64,000 nt of DNA. It comes from a virus. Below the pieces are notes generated by a model. The model did not search any database and was not told where the DNA came from. It saw only the letters and a program-made list of their open reading frames with translations. The translations under genes were made by a program, and so were the position numbers. Numbering within the stretch: position 1 is the first letter of the stretch; each line of letters begins with the position of its first letter. Below, in pieces: positions 46,368 through 55,847 of this stretch. Where the stretch lies: positions 1-64,000 of the IMG/VR virus record IMGVR_UViG_3300009285_002342; one strand, given 5' to 3'.

Positions 46368-46940
46368 TTATTCCCCTCTCTTTCTTTTATTTCCTTCTTC
46401 ACGAAGTCTAGCGGAAACTTCCCCCAACCTTTCGTTCTCTACAGGATACACTTTAGCGTTTAGGTCTTTAAGTTGAAAGTATCCACGCGCCCAAAGTAAC
46501 GCCTCGTTCTCTAAAGACTTCGAACGCTGATCCCCGATAGCTTTTAAGGCATGATGTGCCATACCTACTTCGTAATCAGCGTCGATCAATTTCTTTTCCA
46601 ATTCAAATAATCTCGAACCTGCCTTTAGGCAACCTTCGTCTTTCTTAGACCAAATTAAAGAAACTGCAGAATACCATGATTCTTTTAGATCAGGTTCCCC
46701 GCTTTTCTTCAAAGGAGGATTATATTTTTCGGGATGTTCACGGATATCGTTTTCCAACTTCGCCTTCGCTATTGCTAAGTCTTCCTTCGCTACCGCGATT
46801 TTTTCCTTTAGGATATCCCTTTCCTTTTCCAGACCCTTCGCGACCTTCGCGTAATCCATATAAAGTTGCGGTTGTCGTTGAAATTCTATATGGAGGCAGT
46901 TAAGATCTGGATTCATATCTTTTTCGTAATCTATCGCCAT
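46368..46940 (-). CDS. Helical protein, possible UvsY-like recombination mediator
   Basis: Coiled-coil; adjacent to the SSB candidate. Confidence 0.45.
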   Translation of the reverse strand: MAIDYEKDMNPDLNCLHIEFQRQPQLYMDYAKVAKGLEKERDILKEKIAVAKEDLAIAKAKLENDIREHPEKYNPPLKKSGEPDLKESWYSAVSLIWSKKDEGCLKAGSRLFELEKKLIDADYEVGMAHHALKAIGDQRSKSLENEALLWARGYFQLKDLNAKVYPVENERLGEVSARLREEGNKRKRGE

Positions 46941-47143
46941 TATTTCTCCTTCCAGTCATTTTCAACAATTAAATCCGTATCGTCGCTAAGGTAGGCAATT
47001 CCCATAGGTTCATCAATTATTTCCTGCGGATCGATATCGTTTTCCTTAGCTATAGCCATTTTCCACTTACTACAAGCTTCGCCGTAATCTTTAGCGATAA
47101 CGTAAGCTGGACGTTCGTTATCTTGAACATGAAAAAGCGGCAT
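46940..47143 (-). CDS. Hypothetical protein
   Basis: Coupled. Confidence 0.6.
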   Translation of the reverse strand: MPLFHVQDNERPAYVIAKDYGEACSKWKMAIAKENDIDPQEIIDEPMGIAYLSDDTDLIVENDWKEK

Positions 47144-47413
47144 TTAAAACCTCCTACTTCTTGTTCTGGATTCGGGGAAAACTTCCTTCTTTCCATAAAG
47201 ATCGTCCGGCTTACTTCTTACCCTTTCCCCTTCGGCGATAACGTCCGCTATAACTTTCCGCATAATTTCTAAGCGAATTTCGTCCCGATTATCTCCCGGC
47301 ACTACCGTTCTGCTTTCGCCGGAAGAAATCTTCACGTTCTCATAGTTACCTAAGTTTATCGTCGCTTCCGCCCCTGCCCAGACTTTATCTTCATTATTCA
47401 ATTTGTTAACCAT
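47144..47413 (-). CDS. Conserved phage protein (TINLGNYEN motif)
   Basis: First gene after a promoter. Confidence 0.7.
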   Translation of the reverse strand: MVNKLNNEDKVWAGAEATINLGNYENVKISSGESRTVVPGDNRDEIRLEIMRKVIADVIAEGERVRSKPDDLYGKKEVFPESRTRSRRF

Positions 47414-47436
47414 ATTTTTTATTCCTTTCTTATTTA

Positions 47437-47465
47437 ATTATAACCAAAAAATTAAATATTTTAAA
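47437..47465 (-). promoter_or_regulatory. Promoter TTTAAA-N17-TATAAT
   Basis: Conserved motif copy. Confidence 0.75.
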
Positions 47466-47475
47466 GAAAAAAAGT

Positions 47476-48411
47476 TTACGCCGATAATTCAAGAAAAGCA
47501 CGGTAAACCGCAAAAATAAAACCAGATTTTCGATTATTAAAAAAAGGTTCCTTAAAGCAATCGTAGATTAGCATCGCGGAAGCGTCTTCCCCTTTCATCA
47601 TCTTCGAAGCTGCCAATCCGATTATCCCGCACCGGATACTTTCGTGATTCGAAAGATCCATAGCAGAAAGGATTTTTACTATCCCTTTCCAACTTTCCTT
47701 TTTTGTTAAAGCGTCAAATAGATCCGCTGTATCTTTATTTTCTTTCGTTACTAAACCGAAGATAGCAGATTTCATATCTTCCGGTTCCATATCAATAATC
47801 TTATCCAAAATTTCCAAAGCGGTCCTAGGATGACCTTCCGCTGCGTCTATAATTTCCGTCATTACGTCTTTCGGAGGCCAATATTTTTCTTCTATCTTTT
47901 CCGATCTTAGAATTGATTCTATCAATCCTTTCATATCTTTATCGGTTAAAGGTTTTACTTCAAATTTAGTAAGGCGACTAAAAAGGGCAGAATCTAATTT
48001 ATCGGGTCTTGTAGTACAAAAGATAAAATAGGCGTGCTTCGGACACCCTTCTTCTAACGTCGTAAGAATAGAATTTTGAAAGGCATCGGTGGTCTTGTGC
48101 GCTTCTTCGATTAAATAAACCCTTGCCTTTCCTTTCGGTTTAAACTTCATTCCTTCCATTACCATTCGCGCCGTAGCGATTCCGTTATCATTCGCTGCAT
48201 TAATTTCCAAAAAATCTTTTCCTACCGGTCCTAGAAAATTAGCGACTATTTTAGCCAAAGTCGTTTTTCCTGATCCGAAAGCCCCATAGAAGCACCAAGC
48301 GTGCGGAAAGTCTGACTCACGATTAAAAATTGATTTGATGCTTTTTACTAAACCATCTTGCCCGATAACTTCATCCAAGGTCTTCGGCCTATAATCAATC
48401 GCTAATGTCAT
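47476..48411 (-). CDS. dnaX: Clamp loader AAA+ (DNA pol III gamma/tau-like)
   Basis: YRPKTLDEVIGQ, GAFGSGKTT, EINAA, IEEAH, LEE, SR. Confidence 0.9.
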   Translation of the reverse strand: MTLAIDYRPKTLDEVIGQDGLVKSIKSIFNRESDFPHAWCFYGAFGSGKTTLAKIVANFLGPVGKDFLEINAANDNGIATARMVMEGMKFKPKGKARVYLIEEAHKTTDAFQNSILTTLEEGCPKHAYFIFCTTRPDKLDSALFSRLTKFEVKPLTDKDMKGLIESILRSEKIEEKYWPPKDVMTEIIDAAEGHPRTALEILDKIIDMEPEDMKSAIFGLVTKENKDTADLFDALTKKESWKGIVKILSAMDLSNHESIRCGIIGLAASKMMKGEDASAMLIYDCFKEPFFNNRKSGFIFAVYRAFLELSA

Positions 48412-48596
48412 TATACACTCCTTCCGTTTTTTAATGTTTCGTTAAGAAGATTAAGAACTCTTTGTTCGTTATATTCCTTGCCTTCTTTTATTAGAAACTT
48501 CCAATGTTTACTACCGCAACAACAATCGCCGAATAAGAAAACACAACCGCAATCCATACACTTTTTTAGATCGGTAACTTTAGGCTTTTTTGCCAT
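48411..48596 (-). CDS. Small Cys-rich protein
   Basis: Coupled. Confidence 0.55.
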   Translation of the reverse strand: MAKKPKVTDLKKCMDCGCVFLFGDCCCGSKHWKFLIKEGKEYNEQRVLNLLNETLKNGRSV

Positions 48597-48597
48597 C

Positions 48598-48804
48598 CTA
48601 AATCCCCTTTTCTTCTATAAGCCAAGTTGGGATAGAAACAGTTATATCGTCGCCTTTCTCATAATCCATATCTTCATAGTTAATTTGTGATTTCGGAAGC
48701 CATATCGCATCATCCTCATCCCAATCTACCGGAAGGAAGAGAATTGCTTTTTCGGTTTTGTGTAGAAAATAACCGGAAAATTCTTCTGTTTCTTGTTCTC
48801 TCAT
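48598..48804 (-). CDS. Conserved phage protein (TEKA..WLPKSQI..IP.W)
   Basis: Recognisable motif. Confidence 0.7.
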   Translation of the reverse strand: MREQETEEFSGYFLHKTEKAILFLPVDWDEDDAIWLPKSQINYEDMDYEKGDDITVSIPTWLIEEKGI

Positions 48805-48819
48805 TTCGTATTCTCCTCT

Positions 48820-49023
48820 TTATAATTTTGGTTCCATAATCCCTTCTTCATGCATTTTTTCGAAAAACTTAAAAAGATTTAACAAAAATTTATCATTATC
48901 GTTAACTTTTATATCCCATTGATTAAACAGAAAATCCAACAAATTTGATTCTGGATTTCCAAATTCACCAGATTCCATATAATCAAAACAACTTCCGTAT
49001 TTTTCTTCATATTTAAAACACAT
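48820..49023 (-). CDS. Hypothetical protein
   Basis: TAATG-coupled to DnaE. Confidence 0.55.
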   Translation of the reverse strand: MCFKYEEKYGSCFDYMESGEFGNPESNLLDFLFNQWDIKVNDNDKFLLNLFKFFEKMHEEGIMEPKL

Positions 49024-52000
49024 TATTTCGCATTCTCCTTAAATATTTTAGCGAAAATCGCTATCCCCGTTCGAAACTTTTCTAAATTCTCATTCCGATT
49101 CCGCAAGACCCAAGAAGGATGCCCGCACCAGACTACGTGAGCATTTACCTTTTCTACAAATTCAACTTCCCCTATTAATTTCGTTATTCCTTTTTCCCTG
49201 CCGGTTAGAGCGTAAAGGGCTACGCCGCCGGTAGCTAAAATCAACTTACAATTCATACTACGGATAAACGGAATTACCCATTTATTGAAACAGATATCGG
49301 TTTCTTCGCGGGAAGGAGTTCGGGTTTTCGACGGAAAGCACATAGCGCAATTAGCAACATGCACCTGTCTTCTCGTTATTCCGTGTATCGCTAATTCATC
49401 CCAAAGTAGATTACCGGAATCTCCTACATAACCGACGCCTTGTTCATTTTCGGTAGAATTGTGAACAAAAATACCGTTAACTGCAAAATTATGATATTTT
49501 TCAACTTCCATATCGTAAACATCTTCAACTCCTATACATTCAACAGCAACAATCTTATGATTATCGTCTATAGGTATTTCTTCATCCGGAAATCTTTTTT
49601 TAAACAATTCCTTTATTCTTTCATCCGTAATATTGAAAAAGGAACTATTTTTTCTTCCCATTAAATAATTCCAATAATAATTAGGATCTGTTTGAAATTT
49701 TTTCTTTAAAGTTTTGGCCATTTTCTTTTTACTTTTAGAAATTTGCTCAAGCCTTTCTGCATATATCTTTGGGTCTTTAAGCACTTGGCTCATTTTGCGA
49801 CTCAGCTTTCTTCTGTAATTTAAAGAAGTCATAATTTTAGAATGTTTTTCTCTATGTTTTTCATTAAACATAGGATTATTCAAGATTATATGATATTTTG
49901 CGTGATCGGCTACAGAAAGTGACTCTAAATTGTCAAAACTATCGTTATATCTATTCTCATCTATATGATGACAATCTTCTTTATCTTCTAATTTTCTCCC
50001 TAATTTTTGTTCTAATAAAAATCGAGATTCTATAAACATTTCAGTATTAAATGCGCCAATATCATTATATCGATAACTATGGCGATGAAAAGGTTGCAAA
50101 CTATGCCCAATAGTTAACCCGTCCTTTATAGACAAATAATCAACAGTTTCTTGTTTTCCTTTAAACGGATCTTTTTTATTAATAGAATATCTTAATAGAA
50201 ATGGATGATTTTCTGTAACGTTTATCGAACTGGTTTTTCTGATTCTTTCTTTTCCATTAGCAAAATACCATTCATAAGTAACTTTATATACTTTTTTCCT
50301 ACCTGTTTTCCAAACCCTATTGACTTTTCCTAAAACTAATTTTTTGTTTTCTGTATCAAGCGAATAAACATAAAAATCTTTTTGCCCAACTAAATCTTTA
50401 ATAGGAATCCCCGTTAAAGATTTGGATTTATCTCTAAACGCTGTATCTATCAAAGAATCCCCGGTAATACACCCCGGTGCCTCCGCAAGGATCAAAGCGT
50501 TATAGTTTCCGATAGACGGAAGTACAACTCTTGTCGCTTGTTTTCTTAAACCGCAAAGTTCACATTCTTTCGCTTCCGGAACTATTCCGATTTTCTTTAT
50601 GACCGGCAATTTTATTGATTTTCGAGAAACAGAAAATTGAAAATACTTGTTCCAATCCTCCGGTCCTGATTCCGGAATCGTATCGAACGCTTTTATTTCT
50701 TCCATTAACTGCTCTATCTTAGTGGTTCCTACGGCTTGCCTTTTAAAGAAACCTTTCGCTAATCTTTTTGGTTTCATTAATGCACATTTAGCGGCGGCAG
50801 TTTCCCCTATTCCTTTGATTTCAGAAAATGGCGCATAAAGATCGTTTCCTTTTATTTTCCATTTCTTCGTATCGGATATTCCTATCTTAGGCGATACAAT
50901 ACGGAAGCCTTTCTTTTCCGCTTCCGATATCGTCGCGTCTTTATCTTCGCCATAGGTTAAAGTAGCGCAAAGAAATTCTTTCGGATGATTACATTTAAGA
51001 TAGGCGGTTTGATATGCTAATAAGCCGTAACTCGTAGCGTGCGCTGCATTAAATCCGTACATAGCCCATCCCAAAAGATCTTGCCAAAACTTTTCGGCCT
51101 GTCTTTCATTTAAAGTTTTTAACTTCTTACAGCCTTCAAAAAAGGAAATTCTATATGGTTCAAATTCTTTCGGATCGCGCTTCTTGCCGATAACCTTTAA
51201 AACATTATAACCATCGGTAGCAGAAAAACCCGCTAAGTCAATCATAGACCGCATCATTTGTTCCTGATAGGCCATTACGCCATAGGTTGATTTTGTAATT
51301 TCTTCGTACTTCGGATGTAGCGGAATCCATTCCTCGCCATGTTTTCGCTTAACATATAAATCGGCCATTCCCGATTCTAACGGCCCGGGCCTAGCTAAAG
51401 CGCCGATAGCTACAATATCGTTAAATTCATCGGGTTTCATTTCTTTACATAATTTTTTACAGGCATAACCAGACATTTGAAATATTCCGGCGGTATCGCC
51501 TTCCGAAAGCATTTTATAAACCTTCGGATCGTCTAACGGAATATTCTCAATATCCAAATTATCTATTATCTTAACCGCTTCGTCTATAACGACTACGGTA
51601 CTTAGTTTTAAAACGTCAATTTTTACCAGTCCCGCGTGTTCATCGCAATCCACCATATCCCAGTTTATTACAATATTATCGCTACGGCGAACTAAATTGC
51701 CCCTCGTCCCGTCCCTTAGATCTTCTCCGGAAATTATCAATCCTGCTGGATGTCTTCCACTCGAACGGCATTGTCCTTCTAATTCGCAAGCTAAACGGAG
51801 TTGATCTGGATATCGTACTGCAAACTTTCGCCCCTCTCTTGTACTCTCTGCTGCCGCTTTTATAAGTCCGGTAGCATGTCCTTTCCCCTCTATGTTTTTA
51901 GCAAATTCGTCTATATCATTTTCATCTAACTCAAAGACACGGCCTACGTCTCTAACAGAAGAACGACTTTTCATCCTCATAAACGTACTAATTCCTACGA

Positions 52001-53276
52001 CATTATATTCCCCATATTCTTCTACAAGATGTTGTTGTATTTTATCGGTTTGAGTATTATCAAAATCAAGATCAATATCCGGAAGTGATTTTCTATCTTC
52101 GGAAATAAAACGCTCAAATAAAAGATTATATTTTATCGGGTCTATCACTCTTGTTATTCCGGCGAGCATCGAAGTAAGTGAACCTGCAACCGATCCTCTT
52201 CCAGGCCCAACAGGTATCTTCGCTTCCTTACAGTATTGAATCAATTCATAGATAATAAGAAAATAACGAGAAAAGTTTTTATGCTGAATAACTTGCATTT
52301 CCCTCTTGTATCTTTCTCTATATCCTTCGGGCCATCTTTTTCCGAAAATCTCTTCGCCGCCTTTTTCGCATATTTCAGCTAAAATATCTTCGGCGGTTAA
52401 ATCCGGATTCGCCTTTTCGTATCGGGTAAGCGGAAGGGAAGGAATCATTTTAGGAACTCTAAAATCCCAACACTTCTCCGCTATTTCTACTGTTTTCGTT
52501 AAGGCTTCGTAATACTGTTTTCGATTTAAGATATTTTGTGCTTTAAATTCAGAGACCATTTCGTCTGCGGTTCTTAGATGTAAACCTTTAAAACCGAATT
52601 TCCACCTATCCGGATCTTTCCATTTCGCTTGTCTTTGCACAGCTAAAAGAACTTCTTGAGCTTCCCATTGATTTTCGTACACGTAATGGCAGTCGTTCGT
52701 CGCTATAAGCGGAATATTGTATTTTTCTGAAAGTTGTAGACAAAGGTTATTTATCTTAACTTGTGAGGCAATTTGATGTGGCATTACCTCTAAGTATATT
52801 TCTGTTTTTTCGATTAGATCTTTAAAAAGTTCTTCGCCATTAGGCAGATTAAGAAACGAAGACGAACATCCCGTAAGTAAAATTAAACCGGAAAGATCGG
52901 CGCTTCTTAGCAAGGGAAAATCTATTCTCGGTCTACGGTTAAAACCTTCTAAGTTCGCTACGGTTAGCATCCGATTAAGTTCTTGCCAGCCTTGTAGATT
53001 TTTTACTAAAACAGTAATATGTCCCCTAGATTCTTTTCCAGTAGACTTCATATCGGGTACACAATATAGCTCAGTCCCGAGAATTGGCTTTATTCCTACT
53101 TTATCGAAAGCTTTCTGCCATTTTATATGTGTATCTATATTGGAATGATCAGTGATAGCACAGGCTTTAAACCCTAATTCTACATTTCTTTTTGCGTATT
53201 GTTCCGGTTTGCCGATCCCGTCAAGGAGGCTGTATTCCCCGTGCACGTGCAAATGTATAAAATCGGAATTATTCAT
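49023..53276 (-). CDS. dnaE: DNA polymerase III alpha fused to a C-terminal family-4 uracil-DNA glycosylase domain, intein-containing
   Basis: PHP HLHVH..YSLLDG, GPGRGS, FERF, PDIDLD, YGFNAAHA; UDG CELCGL, AEAPG, HPS. Confidence 0.93.
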   Translation of the reverse strand: MNNSDFIHLHVHGEYSLLDGIGKPEQYAKRNVELGFKACAITDHSNIDTHIKWQKAFDKVGIKPILGTELYCVPDMKSTGKESRGHITVLVKNLQGWQELNRMLTVANLEGFNRRPRIDFPLLRSADLSGLILLTGCSSSFLNLPNGEELFKDLIEKTEIYLEVMPHQIASQVKINNLCLQLSEKYNIPLIATNDCHYVYENQWEAQEVLLAVQRQAKWKDPDRWKFGFKGLHLRTADEMVSEFKAQNILNRKQYYEALTKTVEIAEKCWDFRVPKMIPSLPLTRYEKANPDLTAEDILAEICEKGGEEIFGKRWPEGYRERYKREMQVIQHKNFSRYFLIIYELIQYCKEAKIPVGPGRGSVAGSLTSMLAGITRVIDPIKYNLLFERFISEDRKSLPDIDLDFDNTQTDKIQQHLVEEYGEYNVVGISTFMRMKSRSSVRDVGRVFELDENDIDEFAKNIEGKGHATGLIKAAAESTREGRKFAVRYPDQLRLACELEGQCRSSGRHPAGLIISGEDLRDGTRGNLVRRSDNIVINWDMVDCDEHAGLVKIDVLKLSTVVVIDEAVKIIDNLDIENIPLDDPKVYKMLSEGDTAGIFQMSGYACKKLCKEMKPDEFNDIVAIGALARPGPLESGMADLYVKRKHGEEWIPLHPKYEEITKSTYGVMAYQEQMMRSMIDLAGFSATDGYNVLKVIGKKRDPKEFEPYRISFFEGCKKLKTLNERQAEKFWQDLLGWAMYGFNAAHATSYGLLAYQTAYLKCNHPKEFLCATLTYGEDKDATISEAEKKGFRIVSPKIGISDTKKWKIKGNDLYAPFSEIKGIGETAAAKCALMKPKRLAKGFFKRQAVGTTKIEQLMEEIKAFDTIPESGPEDWNKYFQFSVSRKSIKLPVIKKIGIVPEAKECELCGLRKQATRVVLPSIGNYNALILAEAPGCITGDSLIDTAFRDKSKSLTGIPIKDLVGQKDFYVYSLDTENKKLVLGKVNRVWKTGRKKVYKVTYEWYFANGKERIRKTSSINVTENHPFLLRYSINKKDPFKGKQETVDYLSIKDGLTIGHSLQPFHRHSYRYNDIGAFNTEMFIESRFLLEQKLGRKLEDKEDCHHIDENRYNDSFDNLESLSVADHAKYHIILNNPMFNEKHREKHSKIMTSLNYRRKLSRKMSQVLKDPKIYAERLEQISKSKKKMAKTLKKKFQTDPNYYWNYLMGRKNSSFFNITDERIKELFKKRFPDEEIPIDDNHKIVAVECIGVEDVYDMEVEKYHNFAVNGIFVHNSTENEQGVGYVGDSGNLLWDELAIHGITRRQVHVANCAMCFPSKTRTPSREETDICFNKWVIPFIRSMNCKLILATGGVALYALTGREKGITKLIGEVEFVEKVNAHVVWCGHPSWVLRNRNENLEKFRTGIAIFAKIFKENAK
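49458..50471 (-). mobile_element. Intein (338 aa) with HNH endonuclease
   Basis: C1 CITGDSLI, block B VTENHPF, HHIDEN..ND..DNL, block F VYDMEV, terminal HN followed by S+1. Confidence 0.92.
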
Positions 53277-54071
53277 TATCGGAAAAATCCTTTGGCTGGT
53301 ATTTTATGATTTTTAATTCTTTCAGAAGCCTTTTTGTACATCTCTTCGTCTTTTTCGATTAGGATATAGTTTCTTTTTGTATTAAGACAAGCAATACCGC
53401 TAGTACCGCTTCCTGCGCAGTTATCAAGAACCAAATCACCTTCAATCGTATATGTTTTAATTAGATATTCAAATAACGGTACTGGTTTTTGGGTAGGGTG
53501 AATGCCTCTTTCCCTAGGATATAATAAAATACTTTCTGGATATTTTGTATCGTATGTTTTTTTTAAAATCTTCTTTTCTACTATTTCCGCTAAATTTAGC
53601 ACTTTCCGAAGAACATTTGTTTGCCCCGTTTTTAATTTTTTTATATCTCGGTATCATTTTTGGAAAATAATTTATGCTCCCAAAACAAAAAACCAAAACA
53701 TCCTCGTGAACTTTCATAGGAGCGTATTTAGCAGTAACAAAATTCCCTGCAAATTTCTTATTCCAAACCCAAGAATGTTTGTAATTGTTAATATTACTCA
53801 TTACTAGCGCTGAAGTAAAAGGTTGAGATGACGTAAGGATTATCGCACCATTATCTTTAATAATTCTCCTATACTGTTTCCATAACGATTCAAAAGGAAT
53901 AATCACATCCCATTTACAGGCGGTAGTGCCGTAAGGTGGATCGCACAAAACCATATCAATACTCTTATCTTCAATATATTTCATCGCTTGAAGACAATCG
54001 GCATTAATAAGGCTGTTTACTGGCAATCGCCCTACGGATATAACCTCTTTAATATTATTAAAAATATTCAT
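53276..54071 (-). pseudogene. N6A/N4C DNA methyltransferase (beta class), frameshifted at an A8 run (53557-53564)
   Basis: N-part has DPPY; C-part has HPTQKP and DNCAGSG; deleting one A joins the frames. Confidence 0.85.
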
Positions 54072-54678
54072 TAATTTTCGCTTTTATCAGTTCCCATTCA
54101 CTTTGATTAATATCTACTTTTGTTCTATTTTCTAACCATGAGACAAATTGTAAATTATCTAATAATAACGCCCCTCCGTTACACTTTGCTTTTATATGAT
54201 CTAAAGACGGTTTAATCCATTTATCTCTCGAAACTCGCCATTTTTCTAAAAGGGTATTAAATTTTTTGTCATTATAAAACTTTTCAATAAACTGCTTATA
54301 TATTTCCGTTGTAAATCCGTTACAATCTCGTTTTCTAGAAAGTGAACGATTAAGATATTTTAATTTTTCAATATCTTCAAAACTATTAAGCCATTCAAGC
54401 GATACATCATATTTTAAATGAGATTTCATATTTTTTAATTTAAAATCCCTTGTCATTTTTTTACCCTTTGACCACGCTTCTCTCCCTTTACAAGCTCTAC
54501 TAATATTGTTTTTATGTTCCTGCGTAAATTCTTTAAGAGTGTTCCTTCTTGTTATTTTAATCCCTTCTTTTTCTAATTTTCTTCTAATTAAATGATGATT
54601 TGTATTAAACTTCTCCGCTATCATCCTTAACGTCCATCTTTCTATTTCGTATAATCGAATTATCTCTTTGGTATTCAT
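54058..54678 (-). CDS. NUMOD3-HNH-type homing endonuclease
   Basis: N-terminal HTH, TQEHKNNISRACKG, PSLDHI..KCNGG...DNLQFVSWLEN..K. Confidence 0.8.
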   Translation of the reverse strand: MNTKEIIRLYEIERWTLRMIAEKFNTNHHLIRRKLEKEGIKITRRNTLKEFTQEHKNNISRACKGREAWSKGKKMTRDFKLKNMKSHLKYDVSLEWLNSFEDIEKLKYLNRSLSRKRDCNGFTTEIYKQFIEKFYNDKKFNTLLEKWRVSRDKWIKPSLDHIKAKCNGGALLLDNLQFVSWLENRTKVDINQSEWELIKAKINEYF

Positions 54679-54720
54679 AATAATTATTCCCCCTATTAAT
54701 ATAATATCCGTACCTTATAA

Positions 54721-54825
54721 CTAAAATAGAAAGTTATATGGCAGATCACAAAGGATCATATCAATAGTCCGGTCAGGAATATTATCCATAAGTTTTAGGC
54801 AATCACCTAACCAAAATTCACTCAA
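54721..54825 (-). pseudogene. Truncated N-terminal copy of the DNA methyltransferase (34 aa)
   Basis: MSEFWLGDCLKLMDNIPDRTIDMILCDLPY-NFLF-stop; TTG start overlaps the upstream TGA. Confidence 0.85.
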
Positions 54826-55355
54826 AATTCATTTCTCCAAATTTCCTGAAATCTACCGATAAACATGTTATTCGCTTCTTTCGAAGGAACTCCGAAATTC
54901 CAACTTAACCTTAATCTTGCTCCGCTAATATTCCAAGGCGCAGGTGGTTTCAGCATTAAAGCGTCCATTTCATTTCCTAAGATAACCGTATCCGCAAATT
55001 TTACTTCTTCGGAAAACGGATAGGTAATACCGAACCGATTAGCAATAACGATATTTAACTTTTCTTCAATCTTAGCGTATCCCTTTAGAAAATGTTTAAT
55101 CGGCTTAGGTACATCCAAAAGATACGCTTCCGAGGCATCGTGCAAAAGTCCTTGTAAAGCATATCTTTCGGGAACGTGAAAGGAGACTAAGACAGAATGC
55201 TCAGCGACCGAATAAAACTTACGGCAATGCCCATTATACCTACACTGATTCGACAAGGACCAAGCGATATCCAAAATATCTATTTCTTCTGAACTAGGAT
55301 CTAAAGGGTAGAATTGCTTGCCTGTATAAGTTTGAATCCAGTCGCCTTTTCTCAT
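54822..55355 (-). CDS. HD-domain 5'-deoxynucleotidase (YfbR/YfdR-like)
   Basis: IQTYTG, DIA.SL...CRYNGH, YSVAEH, LLHDASEAY..D. Confidence 0.9.
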   Translation of the reverse strand: MRKGDWIQTYTGKQFYPLDPSSEEIDILDIAWSLSNQCRYNGHCRKFYSVAEHSVLVSFHVPERYALQGLLHDASEAYLLDVPKPIKHFLKGYAKIEEKLNIVIANRFGITYPFSEEVKFADTVILGNEMDALMLKPPAPWNISGARLRLSWNFGVPSKEANNMFIGRFQEIWRNEF

Positions 55356-55843
55356 TTTCGTCTCTCCAAATACATAGAATGGGTTGAGCGAAATTCGCCG
55401 GATTCTATGCTTTCTTTAACAGATTTTTGAAACTTTCTTATTGCGTCCATATTACTCTCGCAATTAATGGTTAATTTCGGTTCTACAATATTATTCCAAT
55501 AAAGCCACCAAGTTGGAGATATATACCAAGAATACTTATCCGCCTTATATAGCATACGCAAACCACAATATCCAGAATGTGAACAATGAGCGGCTGTAAA
55601 AATATAAGCTTTTCTTCCAAAAAACCGACCTGCTACTTTAGCTCCTAATTCCCAATGCTTTTTCTTTTGTTCATAATCGCTTAAATAATCTTTACCTATA
55701 TGCCCGATATCGTGGAGAAAGATACAGATAATTTGCCAAAATTTAGGCCAACTCCCGTAAAGTTTTCTCCACGATATTAGGACTAGGAAAGAATGGAAAA
55801 CAGAATGGCATCCAATTAGGATACTTACCGTTCCTTCCTTCAC
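55352..55843 (-). CDS. HD-domain protein
   Basis: H..H, LHDIGH, H, ADK. Confidence 0.7.
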   Translation of the reverse strand: MKEGTVSILIGCHSVFHSFLVLISWRKLYGSWPKFWQIICIFLHDIGHIGKDYLSDYEQKKKHWELGAKVAGRFFGRKAYIFTAAHCSHSGYCGLRMLYKADKYSWYISPTWWLYWNNIVEPKLTINCESNMDAIRKFQKSVKESIESGEFRSTHSMYLERRK

Positions 55844-55847
55844 GATC

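Noticed and set aside
54822-55355. DatZ / 2-aminoadenine (Z-genome) system
   Set aside because: No PurZ or MazZ in the window; the HD protein fits the common YfdR-like type
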